In this document: positions 35,663 to 48,337 of the stretch, piece after piece
Layout of the letters: each line of letters starts with the position of its first letter
Position numbering within the stretch: position 1 is the first letter of the stretch
Source of the DNA: Monocercomonoides exilis PA203
Taxonomy: Eukaryota; Protista; Preaxostyla
Direction of reading: 5' to 3'
Assembly: GCA_001643675.2 (NCBI GenBank)
Contig: LSRY02000046.1
Coordinates: 558,001-622,000 of the forward strand
DNA: 64,000 nt
Made by a program: the position numbers and the translations under genes
Notes under the pieces: generated by a model
The model's database searches: none
What the model was told of the DNA's origin: nothing
The model's input: only the letters and a program-made list of their open reading frames with translations

Positions 35663-36193
35663 GAAAAGATAGAATTGACATTTGCTGAAGAATAAAAACA
35701 CATCGTTGTTGGGATATGGTCTTAAAAGAAGTGACATTAGAAGTTTTATTTTGATAAAAATATACCATCAAGGATGGAATCTATTTATCTGTAGAACTTT
35801 CGAAAATTAAAATTTTTTTATTCTTTTCAAAAAGGACAGAGCAAGAATTAAAAATCAAAAGATAATACTAATGATATAGATTGTTGAATTTGAATTGTAT
35901 TTGCTAAGTAAACTTGTTATGCAGTTTAAACAATATGGATTTATTGAATAAAATATCAGAGGAAAATCGAAATGATGCATTTTTGCTTTACTTTTGAAAA
36001 ATACGCACTTTTTAAATCCATTAAAAAGGTAATAACTAACAACCATAACATTCGAAGTACATTTTTTAAAAAAAATCAAACATCTTACAATATGGTTTAG
36101 AAAAGTGAATTGAAAACGAATAAGATTTTATGTTTAATAAATAAATGAGAAAAGGCGAAGTAATTTCGGTGTAATGAGAACATGTGCTTTTTA

Positions 36194-36695
36194 TTATCCC
36201 ATCTTAAAAAGCAAAACAGCTATATGTCCAATGTAAAAGTTTCTTTATTCATCAAAAAAGTGTGATTAATTTGCAAAAATTTTCATATGAAAAGGAAACA
36301 AACATAAATGCCTTTGTCTCATGTGTAACAAAAGAGCCAAAATGTTCCCCAACAATACAGTGCCAAGTAGGTTTGTATTTTTTATCTTTAAAATTATTTT
36401 TTAAGTTACGAAATCAATATTTCTGAAATATTAATAAATAATAAATTGAAATACCAAATTCTTTTTTGATATTTGCTGCAACATCTTTTGCAATAGTAAA
36501 TTTTGTCAAAGCTTCATTGGTAACTTTTCTGCATTTATTTGGAAATGTTTTGTGGATTATTTTGGTAAATAATAAAATATTTGCAAATAATAAAAATACA
36601 GAAAAGAATAAAGTTAAATCTTCAAACATTGCATCTTGTTGCATTTCTTCTGACATGTCACAGTGCGTGATTACAACCTTTAAGTTTTCTGTCAT
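36194..36695 (-). CDS. Dynein light chain LC8 family protein, 4 exons
   Basis: Spliced sequence: [90 protein letters not shown]. Confidence 0.93.
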
Positions 36696-37728
36696 GACAC
36701 AAAAAATATTTTTGAAACTTCTGATTGATCCTGTTTCCATTTTTAAATATATTTGTTTTTTGATAAAAAATTTTGAAATTGATAAAGGAAATAATGATGT
36801 GAATTTTTTGGAATTAAATTAAAATTCAATTTAAATCGAGAACCTTTCAGCATATGATTCATACATATTGTATTTGAAATGAAGATTGCATCATTTAAAA
36901 TTAGTAAAAAAATAAAGAGACAAGTGTGAAATTTTGAGAAATGCTGAACTTTTCCATTCTTCGTTCTTTATTATTTCAGTCAGCTCGAGAATATAAGTTT
37001 ACAAATGATTGTTCGCTTTTTTTTCAAAGAACAGCTTCTTGGAAATGATGGATCATTTCAATCTATTCTTGATGGTGCTATTCCTGGGCATTCTCACCCA
37101 ACAAGACTATCAATTTGTTTTTATCTTTGATTCTTATATTTTCTTTTCCCCTCTTTTTCTAAAACCAGTTACGCACTCGAAAGAGATGCGACGTAAATTT
37201 TTCTATAATTATCAAACTTCAACATTATCAAACAACACTTTTTTTTTATGAAATCAATTAAAGTGAAAATCAAAAAGAAAACATTCACAAACTTATTATG
37301 AGTAGTGAATATTGTTTATTATTGATGAGTACAGATGTTTGAAGAACAAATTTGAACAAATCATTATCACTTTCTTAACACAGAGTGTGAAATCTGTTTT
37401 TTCAAAACCAAATAACACTCTCATATCATGCAACATTTCAAAGCGTATTTCATCAATGCAAATGAATTTGGAAATAGCTTGAAATTCATTTGATTTTGTA
37501 TTTTTTCTTCATATTTTTTGAAAAATATAAATAATACTCCATATTTTCTCTAAGAGTTGCAAAAATTTTAGCAAAAATTATGTCAATGTGTCATCTCAGA
37601 TTTTTCCACAATTGTTTATGATTTTGTGAAATTCTTTTTTTTCTTCACGTACCCAACATAAATTCGCATTTTCGCATTTTTTTTGTTTTTGCGGCTGAAA
37701 AGCTGTGAGGAGCGGCGCAAGCAGAACG

Positions 37729-39955
37729 ATGGGGAAAAGAGAATGCTACCGATTTCGGGACTGCGGGGGGTGCTGCAACGACCCGCTGGGGTGGTGCATG
37801 CTTGTGATGGTGAGGTTTGGAGCGCTTTTGGTGTGGCTGGTGCGTGTGTGCTGACGGGTGCATTTTCTGCTTTTCTGTTTATATATATATTTTTTATGCG
37901 GGGCAGCTCCATCCAGGTGTCGGTGGGGGTGTGCTTTGCGGGGTGGGTAATCCCGTTTTTGTGGTCGTTTTCGCCTTTTGTGGCTGTGGGGGTGTCTGTC
38001 GTGTTTTTCGGGCTGCTGGTGCTGGAGGTTGCAGCGTACAACGCAACGTTGTTTGTGGCCTCTCCTTTGCAATTTTCCTCTTCAATCACTATTTTTTTGC
38101 ATTTTTCTTTTGTTTTTTTTGGCTTTGTGCTTGTGCGCAGTTGGACTGACCCAGGTGTGCTGTTCTTCTTTGATTTTTTTATGGTTTATTTTGACTGGCT
38201 GTTGGGGTTGTGTGTGGTTGTGGGGCTGTGCAGGGACGCCTCCGGAGTGGTGGGTGGAGCAGGCGACGAAGACATACAACGAGTTCAGCCTGCGGCAGAA
38301 TGTGTTTTGCCTGCCTTTGCAATCTGTCTCACTTGGCGCAAGGGTAGTTGGGGTGTACGAAGTGGACCACACGATCGGGTCATCGGGGCCTGTGCTGCAC
38401 GGGCCGGGGGTGTTTGGAGAGGTGGGGTGGGAAGCAGGGAGCACAGGGAATGGGGAAAGTGGTGAGAGTGGTGAGAGTGGGCAGCAGATTGAGATGGAGG
38501 ATGATGGTGCGTCTGGTGTGTGGCTTGTTCTTGGCTGCTCTATTTGCTTTTTTAATTGCTTTTTTTTGTGACCGTGTGTTCTGTGGGGGTGGCTGCAGAC
38601 ACACAGCCGCTGCAGGGGAGCTTGGTGGGGGCAGCACCGAGCGGGGAGGCGCAGGTGCAGAGGAGATACAACATGACATTTTGCAAGGAGTGCGGGCGTG
38701 TACGGCCGGAGCGGGCGCACCACTGCTCGATCTGCAAGCGATGTGTGATGAAGATGGACCACCACTGTGTGAACAAGAGAGAGAGTGAGAGTGAGAGAAA
38801 GCGAAATTCAATTTTTTCTTTCTTTTTTGGATTGGATTTGAGGCATTTGTTCATATTCATTTTTCTCTCTTTCTCTTTTTTTGTGTTATTTCTGGATGGG
38901 ATGTGGTGGGTGGCAGGTCCGTGGGTGGGGACGTGTGTTGGGGCATACAACCACAAGTTCTTCATCCTGTTTCTGCTGTACACAGTGATTGTGGCGCTGA
39001 TGTATTCTGTGCTGGGCGGGATTGTCCTTTTCATGGTATGTTCTCTGTGTGTGTGAGAGTTGCATTTGAATTTGAATTGGATTGAGTGGTGGTTAAAAAT
39101 GAATGTGATTGAATTTGTTTCTCTTTCTCTCTCTTTTCATTTTTTTTTTTTGACTTGCTCATTCTGTTGTTTGCAAATGCTGTGCACATGCCCATGCCTG
39201 TCTGGTTGGGTTTTGGGAATGGAATTGGGTTTGGGGTGAGCAGTCGCCAGAGCCGTTTGGGGAGGATGGGGGGACGATCTTTGTGTTTGCGATGTGTGTG
39301 ATCTGTGTGACGCTGGCGCTGTCGGCGCTGTTCCTGCTGCTGTTCCATGTGTCGCTGATCCGGCGGAACCTGACGACGCTGGACGACGAGTTCGACGAGG
39401 GTGTGGTGGAGATGTTCGACCGAGGGACAGCAGGGAAAAACATGGAGGGCACGCTGGGGACAAACAGAAGGCAGTATGTGCTGAAAAGAGGGGGTGGTGG
39501 GAGGATATGGGGGAGACTTCACGACCAATATCGCAATTTCGCATTTATGATTTTTCTTTTCAATTTTTATTTATTTTCATTTTTTTTTAACTTGTTGTAT
39601 TTGGTGTCTGGCTGATTGGAGGTGGTGGAATCCTTTTGTTCTGCCCGTCCTTCCAGATGATGGGCTGACGCCCGCCACAGCAGTGTTCGCGCACTCTGCT
39701 CCGAATCCTCTTCACAAGTTTGCACCTTCAGAATCAGCAGGGCCAAGTGCATCTGCATCGTCAGAGCAGCACATGCAGCCTCTGGCTGAACAACAGGATG
39801 AGCACTCCGCTGACAGCCATGCTGCCATCACACAAATCACTCTGACTGCTGCTTCATCATCCTCTTCCTCTTCCTCTTCCTCTTCCACTCCGTTGTCTGC
39901 CCACACAGATGCAGAAGAGGCCAGCAGAGCGTTGAATGAATCGTTTGGAATTTGA
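37729..39955 (+). CDS. DHHC palmitoyl-acyltransferase, right-arm copy
   Basis: Mirror of 18243-20469; DHHC-CRD at ~38680-38960. Confidence 0.88.
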
Positions 39956-41583
39956 CCAGCACTTTCGCTTTCCTCGTGCAAGGCCGATGAGCAGAACAAC
40001 TTCACTTTCACTTCCACAGTCAAACTTCCCACCTCATATCGTTTTTTTCCTCCCCCTTTTCCTTTTCATTTTCAATCACTTCACTTTTTAAGCAAATGCA
40101 CTTTTCTTTTTCTTTTCTTTTTTTGAGTTGTTGAGCGAAAGCACCGTTTCTGGTGTTTTGGAGATAAACAGGCAGATTCAGATGCGTTTTTGGTCTTTGC
40201 TGGCTGTTTCAGGCGAAAAGACTCCAAAAAAGAGCAAAAAGCAGAAAACACACACAGAAACACGCCCAGAGGCTGCAAAGTGTGTTGAAGAGCAAAAAAC
40301 AAAAAGAACAAAAAGAACAGGAAGAACACAAAATGAAGCAGCACTGCACACTTGGAGGCTGTGTGCACCCAGCTGCCCTTCCACAAAGACAAAGATGAAA
40401 GGAAACGAATGAACGAACTCTTTCAAAAACAAAATTCAAAAATCAAACAATGTCAACAAAGAAGCTCGTTGTGTGGATTGCGAGGGTTCAATCTTCCCAA
40501 AATACCCTGTTTCTCATTGGCCTTTCTGCAATCGGTTCAACCCATTTTCCTTCCCAGTGAAGCAAACACAAACACACAACACACACAAAACATCCTCATC
40601 AACAGTCAACTGGCCTTTGCCACACAACGACACTCCTTATCCTTCACTTTCTTTCAAAAACACAAAGCAGGAGATGGAAAATGAGGATCTTCCTTCATCC
40701 AAAGAAAAAGAAAGTGGGCTGAAAGTGCCTCGAAACTCTTGCATTTTCCCCCCAAAATGGAACAAGCAAAGCATTTGTTTCTCGCTGCCATCAAAGCCAC
40801 AACAATCCCCACAAAAACAGCTTCTTTGGAGCTTAACAAACAAACAAACAAACAAATCGCGAATGAATCATTTCGTGTTTATTCTCACTGATTCATTCCA
40901 CAACCCAGTTCATCCCCACCCCAAAAAAACCTAACCATTCTCAAACACAACAAAAAGAAAAAGAATAAAAATAAAAGACAATGAAAACAACATAACGAGA
41001 ACAAAAGGAAGGAATCAAGAAAACGTTGATTTTTTGTAAAAAAACAAGACTGTGCCTCTCCACAACGGGCAACTCCCCAACCAAAAAGAAACACAATGAA
41101 AAAACATCAAAATAAATGAATGTTGCAAACAAAATCAATAAAAGAGAAAGAGAAAGAGAAAGAGAAAGAGAAAGAGAAAGAGAAAGAGCATCCAGCAAAA
41201 AGGCATAACCGAAGATATATCACAGCCTTGCATCGCCTGCTCTTCTCCAGCGAAGACAGGCGACCAAGGAAATCAGGCACCACAGTTGCTGTCTTCCTTT
41301 CAAAAAACAAATTAACAAATAAATAACCTCTCAAAAGCATCCACACAACAAACAGCCAGAAAGTATTTGTAATCAATAAATATGCAAAAGAGAAAACATA
41401 ACAAATCGAAATCAATAACTTACACTTGACAGTTCACAGTTGTTCAGAACAGCCGCTCGCTGCCTCTGTCATCTTCCATTCACCTCATTCCTCCCCTCAA
41501 CCCTTCTCTTTCCATCCAATCAAAACATTTCACACACACTCTCTCTTCTCTCTCTTTCTCATTTTCTAATTTTTCACTCCCTT

Positions 41584-44500
41584 CTATTCTTCATGTTCCT
41601 TTTCCCCTTCCCTCTTCCCTGCCTCACACTCACTCGCACCACTCACCCCCTTGCTGCCCAGCCCCGAGTGTGCCAGCAGCTGCGAGAACAGCGATGCCGG
41701 GTCTTTCATCAGCGCCTGCGGCGTGTCCAGCTCCTTCGCCTCCCCCTTGTCCATCACCAGGATCCGGTCGCACCCCACAATCGTGTGCAGCCGATGCGCA
41801 ATGATGATCGCTGTCTGCCCCGCAAACGATGTCCGGATCGTGTGCTGGATCTTGCTGTCGGTCTCTGCATCCACATTCGCTGTCGCCTCGTCCAGCACCA
41901 CAATCTTGCACTCGTCCACAATCGCCCGCGCCAGGCACAGCAGCTGCCGCTGCCCGCAGCTCAGGTTCGCCCCGCCCTCTGCCACATGGCCCTCCAGCCC
42001 GCCCTCCATGCCCCGCACCACCTCCCCCATCTCTGCCTGCTCCAGCACTGCCCACAGCCGCTCGTCGCTCTGCTTCCCTCCCAGGTCCAGGTTCATCCGC
42101 ACTGTCCCCTCAAACAGCGTCGGGTCTTGCGGGATGATCGCCATCGACCTCCGAAGCCGCCCCAGCCCCACCTTCGAGATGTCCACCCCGTCAATCACAA
42201 TCCGCCCGCTGTTCTGCTCCTTCTCCTTTCCAACACAGCCCCCTTCTTCCATCTGTGCCAATGAAGAACTTGAGCTTGAAGATTGAGTAGTTGTTGGCTG
42301 CTCCTGCTCCTGCTCCACAGGCAGCCCCGTGTCCACATCGATCAGCTGCGGCATCAGCGCCGGGTCCAGCTCCACCAGCCGGAACAGCGCCTGCACCAGG
42401 CTCGTCTTCCCGGCCCCTGTCCGCCCGCACACCCCGACCTTCTCCCCTCCTCGGATCTTGAACGACACATCCTTCAGCACCAGCGGCAGCCCCGGCCGGT
42501 ACCGGAACGACACATCCTCGAACGACACCGCCCCCTCGCTCGGCCAGCTTGCCTCGGGCTCCACCTCCACCCGCTTCGTCTCCTGCGGCAGCCGCGTCGA
42601 GTAGAACCGGATCCGCTCCAGGTTCGTCATCGTCGACTCCACAAGCACCCCCATCGTCACCAGCAGCGTCCCCTGCCACCCCAGGTTGTACGACGCCGAC
42701 ACCGCCAGCCCCACGCTCGACGCCCCCATGAAGTGCCACCCCAGCACCGTCACCCCCACCGTGAACACACAGCAGATCCCCTGGATCATCACGTTCGCCC
42801 ACTGCAGCCCCTCCCGCACCAGCACAAACGCCGACCCCCACACATCCACCTTCTCTGCAAACCGCCCCTCCCACACCCCCTCCCGCCGCCCCAGCCGGAT
42901 CGTGCTCAGCCCCGCCCCCGTCACCGTCTCTGTGAACTGCGCCATCACCGGGCTCCGCGTGATCCCCTCCAGCCGCGTCAGGTTCCGCGACGTCCGCGGG
43001 TACACCACCACTATCACGTGCAGCAGCCCCAGCACCCCCGCCACAAACAGCAGGAAGTACGGCCAGTCGATCGCCCCCACCACACACGTCCCCACCACCC
43101 CCAGCCACGTCTGCAGCAGATACGTGAACGTCGTCGGCAGGTCTGTGTCTGTCTTCGTGATGTCGCTGCTGAACCGGTTCAGGATCCGCCCCGTGGGCGT
43201 CGTGTCGAAGAACACGGGAGGGCACCCTGCCACATGCGCCGCCAGCTCGTCGTGGATCTTCCTGTTCGCCCGCCGCGTGAACGACGTGAACACCCCTGCC
43301 CGCACCACCACCAGCCCCAGGAACACAACCGCCACCACCCCCATCATCCCCAGCTTCCAGTCAAACCCCAGCCCCGCCGCCAGCCCCGGCGTGCTCACCA
43401 CGTTCATCCAGTACGTGTTCAGCGTGTTCACCCCTCGCACACCACCAGCAGCACCAGATAGCACCCCACTGCCGCCGGGCTCCCTAGCTTCCCCAGATAG
43501 TCCACATAGATCCCCCACGGCACACTCGACACCATCTGCTCCTCCTCCGTCATCATCTGCATCGCCGCCTTCTTCGCTCCCTTCTCTTCTCCCTCTGCTC
43601 TGCTTGCTGGTGTGCTTGCATCAGACACCAGCTGCTCCTCTGTGGGTGTCGGCGAAGCCATCGGTGAAGAATTTGGCTGAGAAGGGGTATTTGTCTCAAC
43701 TGTCGTTTCTGCTGGATGAGTCTCTGCCTCTTTCTCTGTAACCGATTCCATCACTTCCATCACTTCACTTTCCTTCTTCTCCTCTTTCTCCTTTTCTTTC
43801 TCAATTTTCTCCTTTTCTTTCTCCTTCTCCTTCCCGCCCTTCCTCCACTTCCTCGCCAGCCGCATCAGGTCGATCCCCTTCTCCTCCAGCTCCTTCTTCG
43901 TCCCCTTCGCCACAATCCGCCCTCCTTCCATCACAACCACTGTGTCTGCCCGGTCTGCATACTGCACCTGGTTCGTCGCCAGAACCACTGTCGCCCCGCG
44001 CTGCTCCTTCAGCAGCCCCACAATGCACTCCTCAAACAGCCGCTTCCCCACATGCGCATCCACCGCCGACAGCGGGTCGTCCAGCAGCACAACATCCGCC
44101 CCGCTGTACACACACCGCGCCAGCTGCAGCCGCGCCTTCTGCCCCCCGCTCAGGTTGATCCCCCGCTCCCCAATCGCTGTCTCGTCCCCTGCCCCCAGCA
44201 CCCCAAAGTCTGCCTCCAGGCAGCACACCGACACACACTCCCGGTACTTCCCCTCCTCCATCGCCCCCTCAAACAGGATGTTCTCCTTGCATGTCCCGTT
44301 GAAGATCCACGGCGTCTGCGAGAACGCCACCACCCTCCCCCTCACCTTTACTTCGGTCTTTTTTCTTTCCTTTTCCTTTTTCTCTTCTTCACCACACTCC
44401 CTCAGCTCATCGGCCTTCGCAATGTCTCCGCTCATCGCTGCCAGCAGCGACGACTTCCCGCTCCCCACTGCCCCAACCACAAACACAAGCTCCCCTTTCC

Positions 44501-46275
44501 TCACCTTCAGGTTGATGTCTCTCAGCACCACACTCGAACCCCCCTTCCCCTCTCTTCCCTTCTCCTTTTCCTCATTTCCTTCACCAAAGTCAGAAGAAGA
44601 AGAAGATGATGAAGAAGATGAGGAGGAGGACTTTTCCTCTTTTCCTTTCTCTTTCCCCTTCTTCCCCCTGTTCTTCTTCTCCCTCTTCTTCGCCTCCGCC
44701 TTCTCTCTCTGCGCCTTCGCCTTTTTTTCCTTCTCCATCTGCTCCTTCTCTTCGTTCATCAGCGGGATTGCTGGCGGGTCCAACCACTTGAACATCCCGT
44801 TCCGGATGATCACTGCATGCTCCCTCTTTCCCCCATTTCCCCTTCCATTCCCATTCTCTTCTTCTTCTTCTTCTTCGTTTTCGTCTTCGTCTCTCTCGCT
44901 GAGCTCCTCCACATACTCCTCCCGCTCCTCAAGCAGCAGAAACTCTGCAATCCGCTGCGCCGACGCCACCAGCAGCGTCCCCGACTGCATCACCATCGGC
45001 AGCGCCGTCGCCGCAAACGTGAACAGCCCCAGGATGCTCCCGATCGGGTAGAAGTGGTACACCACCTCCTCCTCTGCGATCCCCTCCCCCCTTCAGATAC
45101 GCTGTCAGCACAATCGTCTGCAGGAACATCGGGAACGCCGACATCGACGAGTACATCATCTGCAGCGCAAACACAAAGTGCGCCGAGTGCCCCAGCTGCA
45201 CCTGCCGCGCCTTCCCGATCCGCTCCAGAAACACCGACTCCAGCCCCCCCAGCTTCACCACCCGCATCCCTTGCACCATCTCGTTCGTCGCCTTCAGCCG
45301 CTCCTCGTTCGCCTCCAGATACAGGCTGTACCCCTTGAACATCTGCCCCGCAATCATCCCCTGCACCGGGAAGATCAGCACCACCAGCACCACCGCTATC
45401 GCCGTGTAGTACTTGATCTCCACAATCAGCAGCACCAGCGCCCCCACCAGCAGCACCGGGTACTGCACAATCGCCAGCACATCCATCAGCGACTCCGTCA
45501 CGTTCTGCGTGTCTGTCGAGATCAGCGCCACCAGCTTCCCCACATCCATCTTCGTCTGCGCTGCGATGTTCAGGTGCAGCGTCTTGTCGTAGATCATCCC
45601 GCTGATCCCTGTCCGGATCTGCCCGGCCGTGTTGATGATGAACCGGAACCCGTTCGACTCGCACAGCCCTGTGAACAGCGGCAGCACAATCAGCCCAGCC
45701 ACCACGCCCCCCGGGAACGGCGTCTCCAGCCCCGCGGCGTCGTTCGCCCCCTTCGCTGCCAGCGCCTCCAGCAGCCACCGCAGCAGGAACGGGCCCACCA
45801 GCTTCGGCCCGGCACTCAGCGCAATCAGCACCTGCGACACCCACACCCGCCACCCGCCCAGCGACACCAGCATCCCCACCACCGACGGCCGCGCTGGCGC
45901 CTTCCTCCCGAGCACCCTCCCCTCCCGCTCGCACGCCTCCTTCTCTGCGCTGTATGCTGCCAGCTCTGCCACATACCCCCGATAGCGCGCCTCCCACTTC
46001 TGCTTCACCTTCGGATAGTTCACTGCCGTCGAGTTCGCCTCCGCGATCTCGCACACATCCTCGTCCATGATCGGCCGCCGCCGGAACACATACCGGAAGA
46101 AGAACAGGAACACAAAGTTCGCCAGGAAGTTGCTCCGCTCCTCGTAGTTCTTCGGCCGCCTCTTTCTCTCCGAACTCCCCGATTCTCCGCTCCCACTGCA
46201 CCCTTCCTCTTTTTCGTTTTCTCGCTTTTCAGCCACTTTTTCTGCTTTGGACGTGTTTTTGTATTCGCTTTCCAT
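41584..46275 (-). CDS. ABCC/MRP-type ABC transporter, right-arm copy (homopolymer +1 near 45086-45091 and -1 near 43431-43434)
   Basis: Three ORF pieces (44929-46344, 43428-45065, 41584-43518) are identical to the left copy except at the homopolymer indels. Confidence 0.93.
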
Positions 46276-47077
46276 CCGATTTCCGCTTTCACAATTTCTC
46301 CGCGGAAACACAAAAAAACAAAAATCAGATGATCCCTCCTCCAATTCGCACTCCCCCCAAACATTATTGTGGTACCCCTCTTTCGCTCGAAATCTGCCTG
46401 GTCGCTTGCTCTGTGCTCTGTTGCGCCCTGGGGGCGTGTTCCAAGCGGGTTTTAAAATTTTAAAATTTTCTCAATTCTTATTTATTTCTCAATTACCAAA
46501 TACAAACATCTTTTATCTCGTTTATCTCTCACTAATACTTCTTCTCGAAAGTTATTAAGTCATCAAATGGCTTATCTGAGCTCTTCTAGCACAATGAATC
46601 AGTTGTGACCTGTGTATTTTTTTCAAGCATTCATTTTTTTTTTTGAACTGGTTTTGAATGGATTAAGGTTGTGCCCATAACGAATGCTTGATTTGTTTTT
46701 TGTTATGCTTTTGTGTTTGATGATTCGAAGCATTTGCACATGAGTGACAAGCAACGGCAGACATTAAATTCCTGCGATTTGCATGATTTTTCTTGGCGAA
46801 TGTCTGTTGTGTTGAGTATTTTGTGAAGTTTCGTTTCCATCAAAAAAAATCAGCTGAATGTGCATGGCTGAGGTTTCAGCTCAACTTTTGTATTTTTTTT
46901 TTCCAACTTCATTTGAGTGGTTCTTTGTGGTGGTTGTGGTGCTGCATGTTGTTGGATTTGCTTGTTTTGCCTTGTTTCTGTGCCTGGTTGTCTTTTTTTT
47001 TTTTTTTTTTTTTTGATTGTTTCTGGAAAGGGCAGTTGTGACGCAACACAAAAACTGGAAAACAAAAGTGGGATGTT

Positions 47078-47820
47078 ATGAAAAGGAATCGAAGGATGAT
47101 GCAAGTTCCAGGGGAAGAATCAATGACCTTTGCTTTCATTTTCTCAAGAAAATTGATTCAGCTGATTCAAACGAATGAACGGAGAAATAGAACCCTCATT
47201 TCAAAAAAATACAGTTTTGGAACTTGTGCTAGTTGGGTGCAGCAAAGTGTTGAAAATGGAACAGCGAGTGTTTGCGACAGAGTTCCTTTGCTGTGCATAA
47301 GATTCGAGAAGTTTGTCTCTGATGAGGAAGAGGCGGGAAAAGAAAAGATAAATGAAGAATTATTTTTATATCTCTCTGTGAATGATTCATTACGACAGAC
47401 AAACGCTTTTTCAACTGCATTACAAACAAGTGCCATTTCTGGTCTTCTGAAAGTTTCTACGAGCGAAGAAGAAAAAGAGGAAACACAAAACAAAGTGGAA
47501 ATGGATTCAGCGATTTTGAGTCTCATGTGCTCATGCAATACATTGCCACAATTTTCACAAATTATTAATTTATTTGCTTGCGTGAATGGAATTCCAGAAG
47601 AGCACTGATTCAGAATGAGAACACAGAAATGGTCAAAGGATCTTCAAAGCACCACAGTCTGATGCATCTATCAGTTCAATCTGCTCGGCTGGATTTTTAA
47701 GCGTTTGGCAAAATGAAGATTTGGCTGTGAATGAACTGCGATTTGCAAGAGAATCAACAGAAGTATTGGAATATGCTGAGGAGAATATTCTTGTGGGAAA
47801 GGAGGAGACAAATGGAACAA
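47078..47820 (+). pseudogene. Truncated duplicate of the degraded family gene at 10234-11116
   Basis: Mirror copy; homology stops at the arm end. Confidence 0.5.
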
Positions 47821-48337
47821 TATATTTTGCTTTATGAATTTTGTTCCATTCTACTCTTCCAAATATTTTTCTCAATTTTTGAATTTTTCTTTATTTTTTT
47901 GACATGGGAATGAAAGAACAATAATGATTTGGTTGGAGAAAAAGTTTGGAACAAATCGTTGTTTTTTTCAAAAATGAAAAAATTTTACCACATTTCGTTG
48001 ATGTGTGTTTATGAAAATAGAAAAAAAAGTTTTCTAAAAGTATGTTGAACAGAAATTTTTAATAATTTATATTTTTTGTTTCGAAAAGAAAAAACGAAAA
48101 GAAAAAATAATTAAAGCTATAAGCTTTTTTCTTTGATTTCTTTTTCAACTTTCATAAAAAAATTGAATATATATTATTATAAAAATTATTTCACTCTTGC
48201 CATTTTTTATTTTGGACCGCGAAAACTCAATCTGAAGCTTGCATGAACATTAAAAATGTTTTGCATTAATAATATTTCGGTTATTCAATAACTCTATTTA
48301 TTTCACTTCGAGAATTAATACTGCAAAAGGGAAGGAG

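Larger units (their letters stand above)
37652..47820 (-). repeat. Right arm of ~10.2-kb inverted duplication
   Basis: Reverse complement of 10374-20546. Confidence 0.97.

Noticed and set aside
10374-47820. Whole cassette as one giant transposon with 10-kb TIRs mobilised by the internal transposase
   Set aside because: There is no TSD or TIR-like terminus at the outer ends, the left boundary cuts through a pseudogene, and the transposase has its own TIRs and TSD at 20777-26880.
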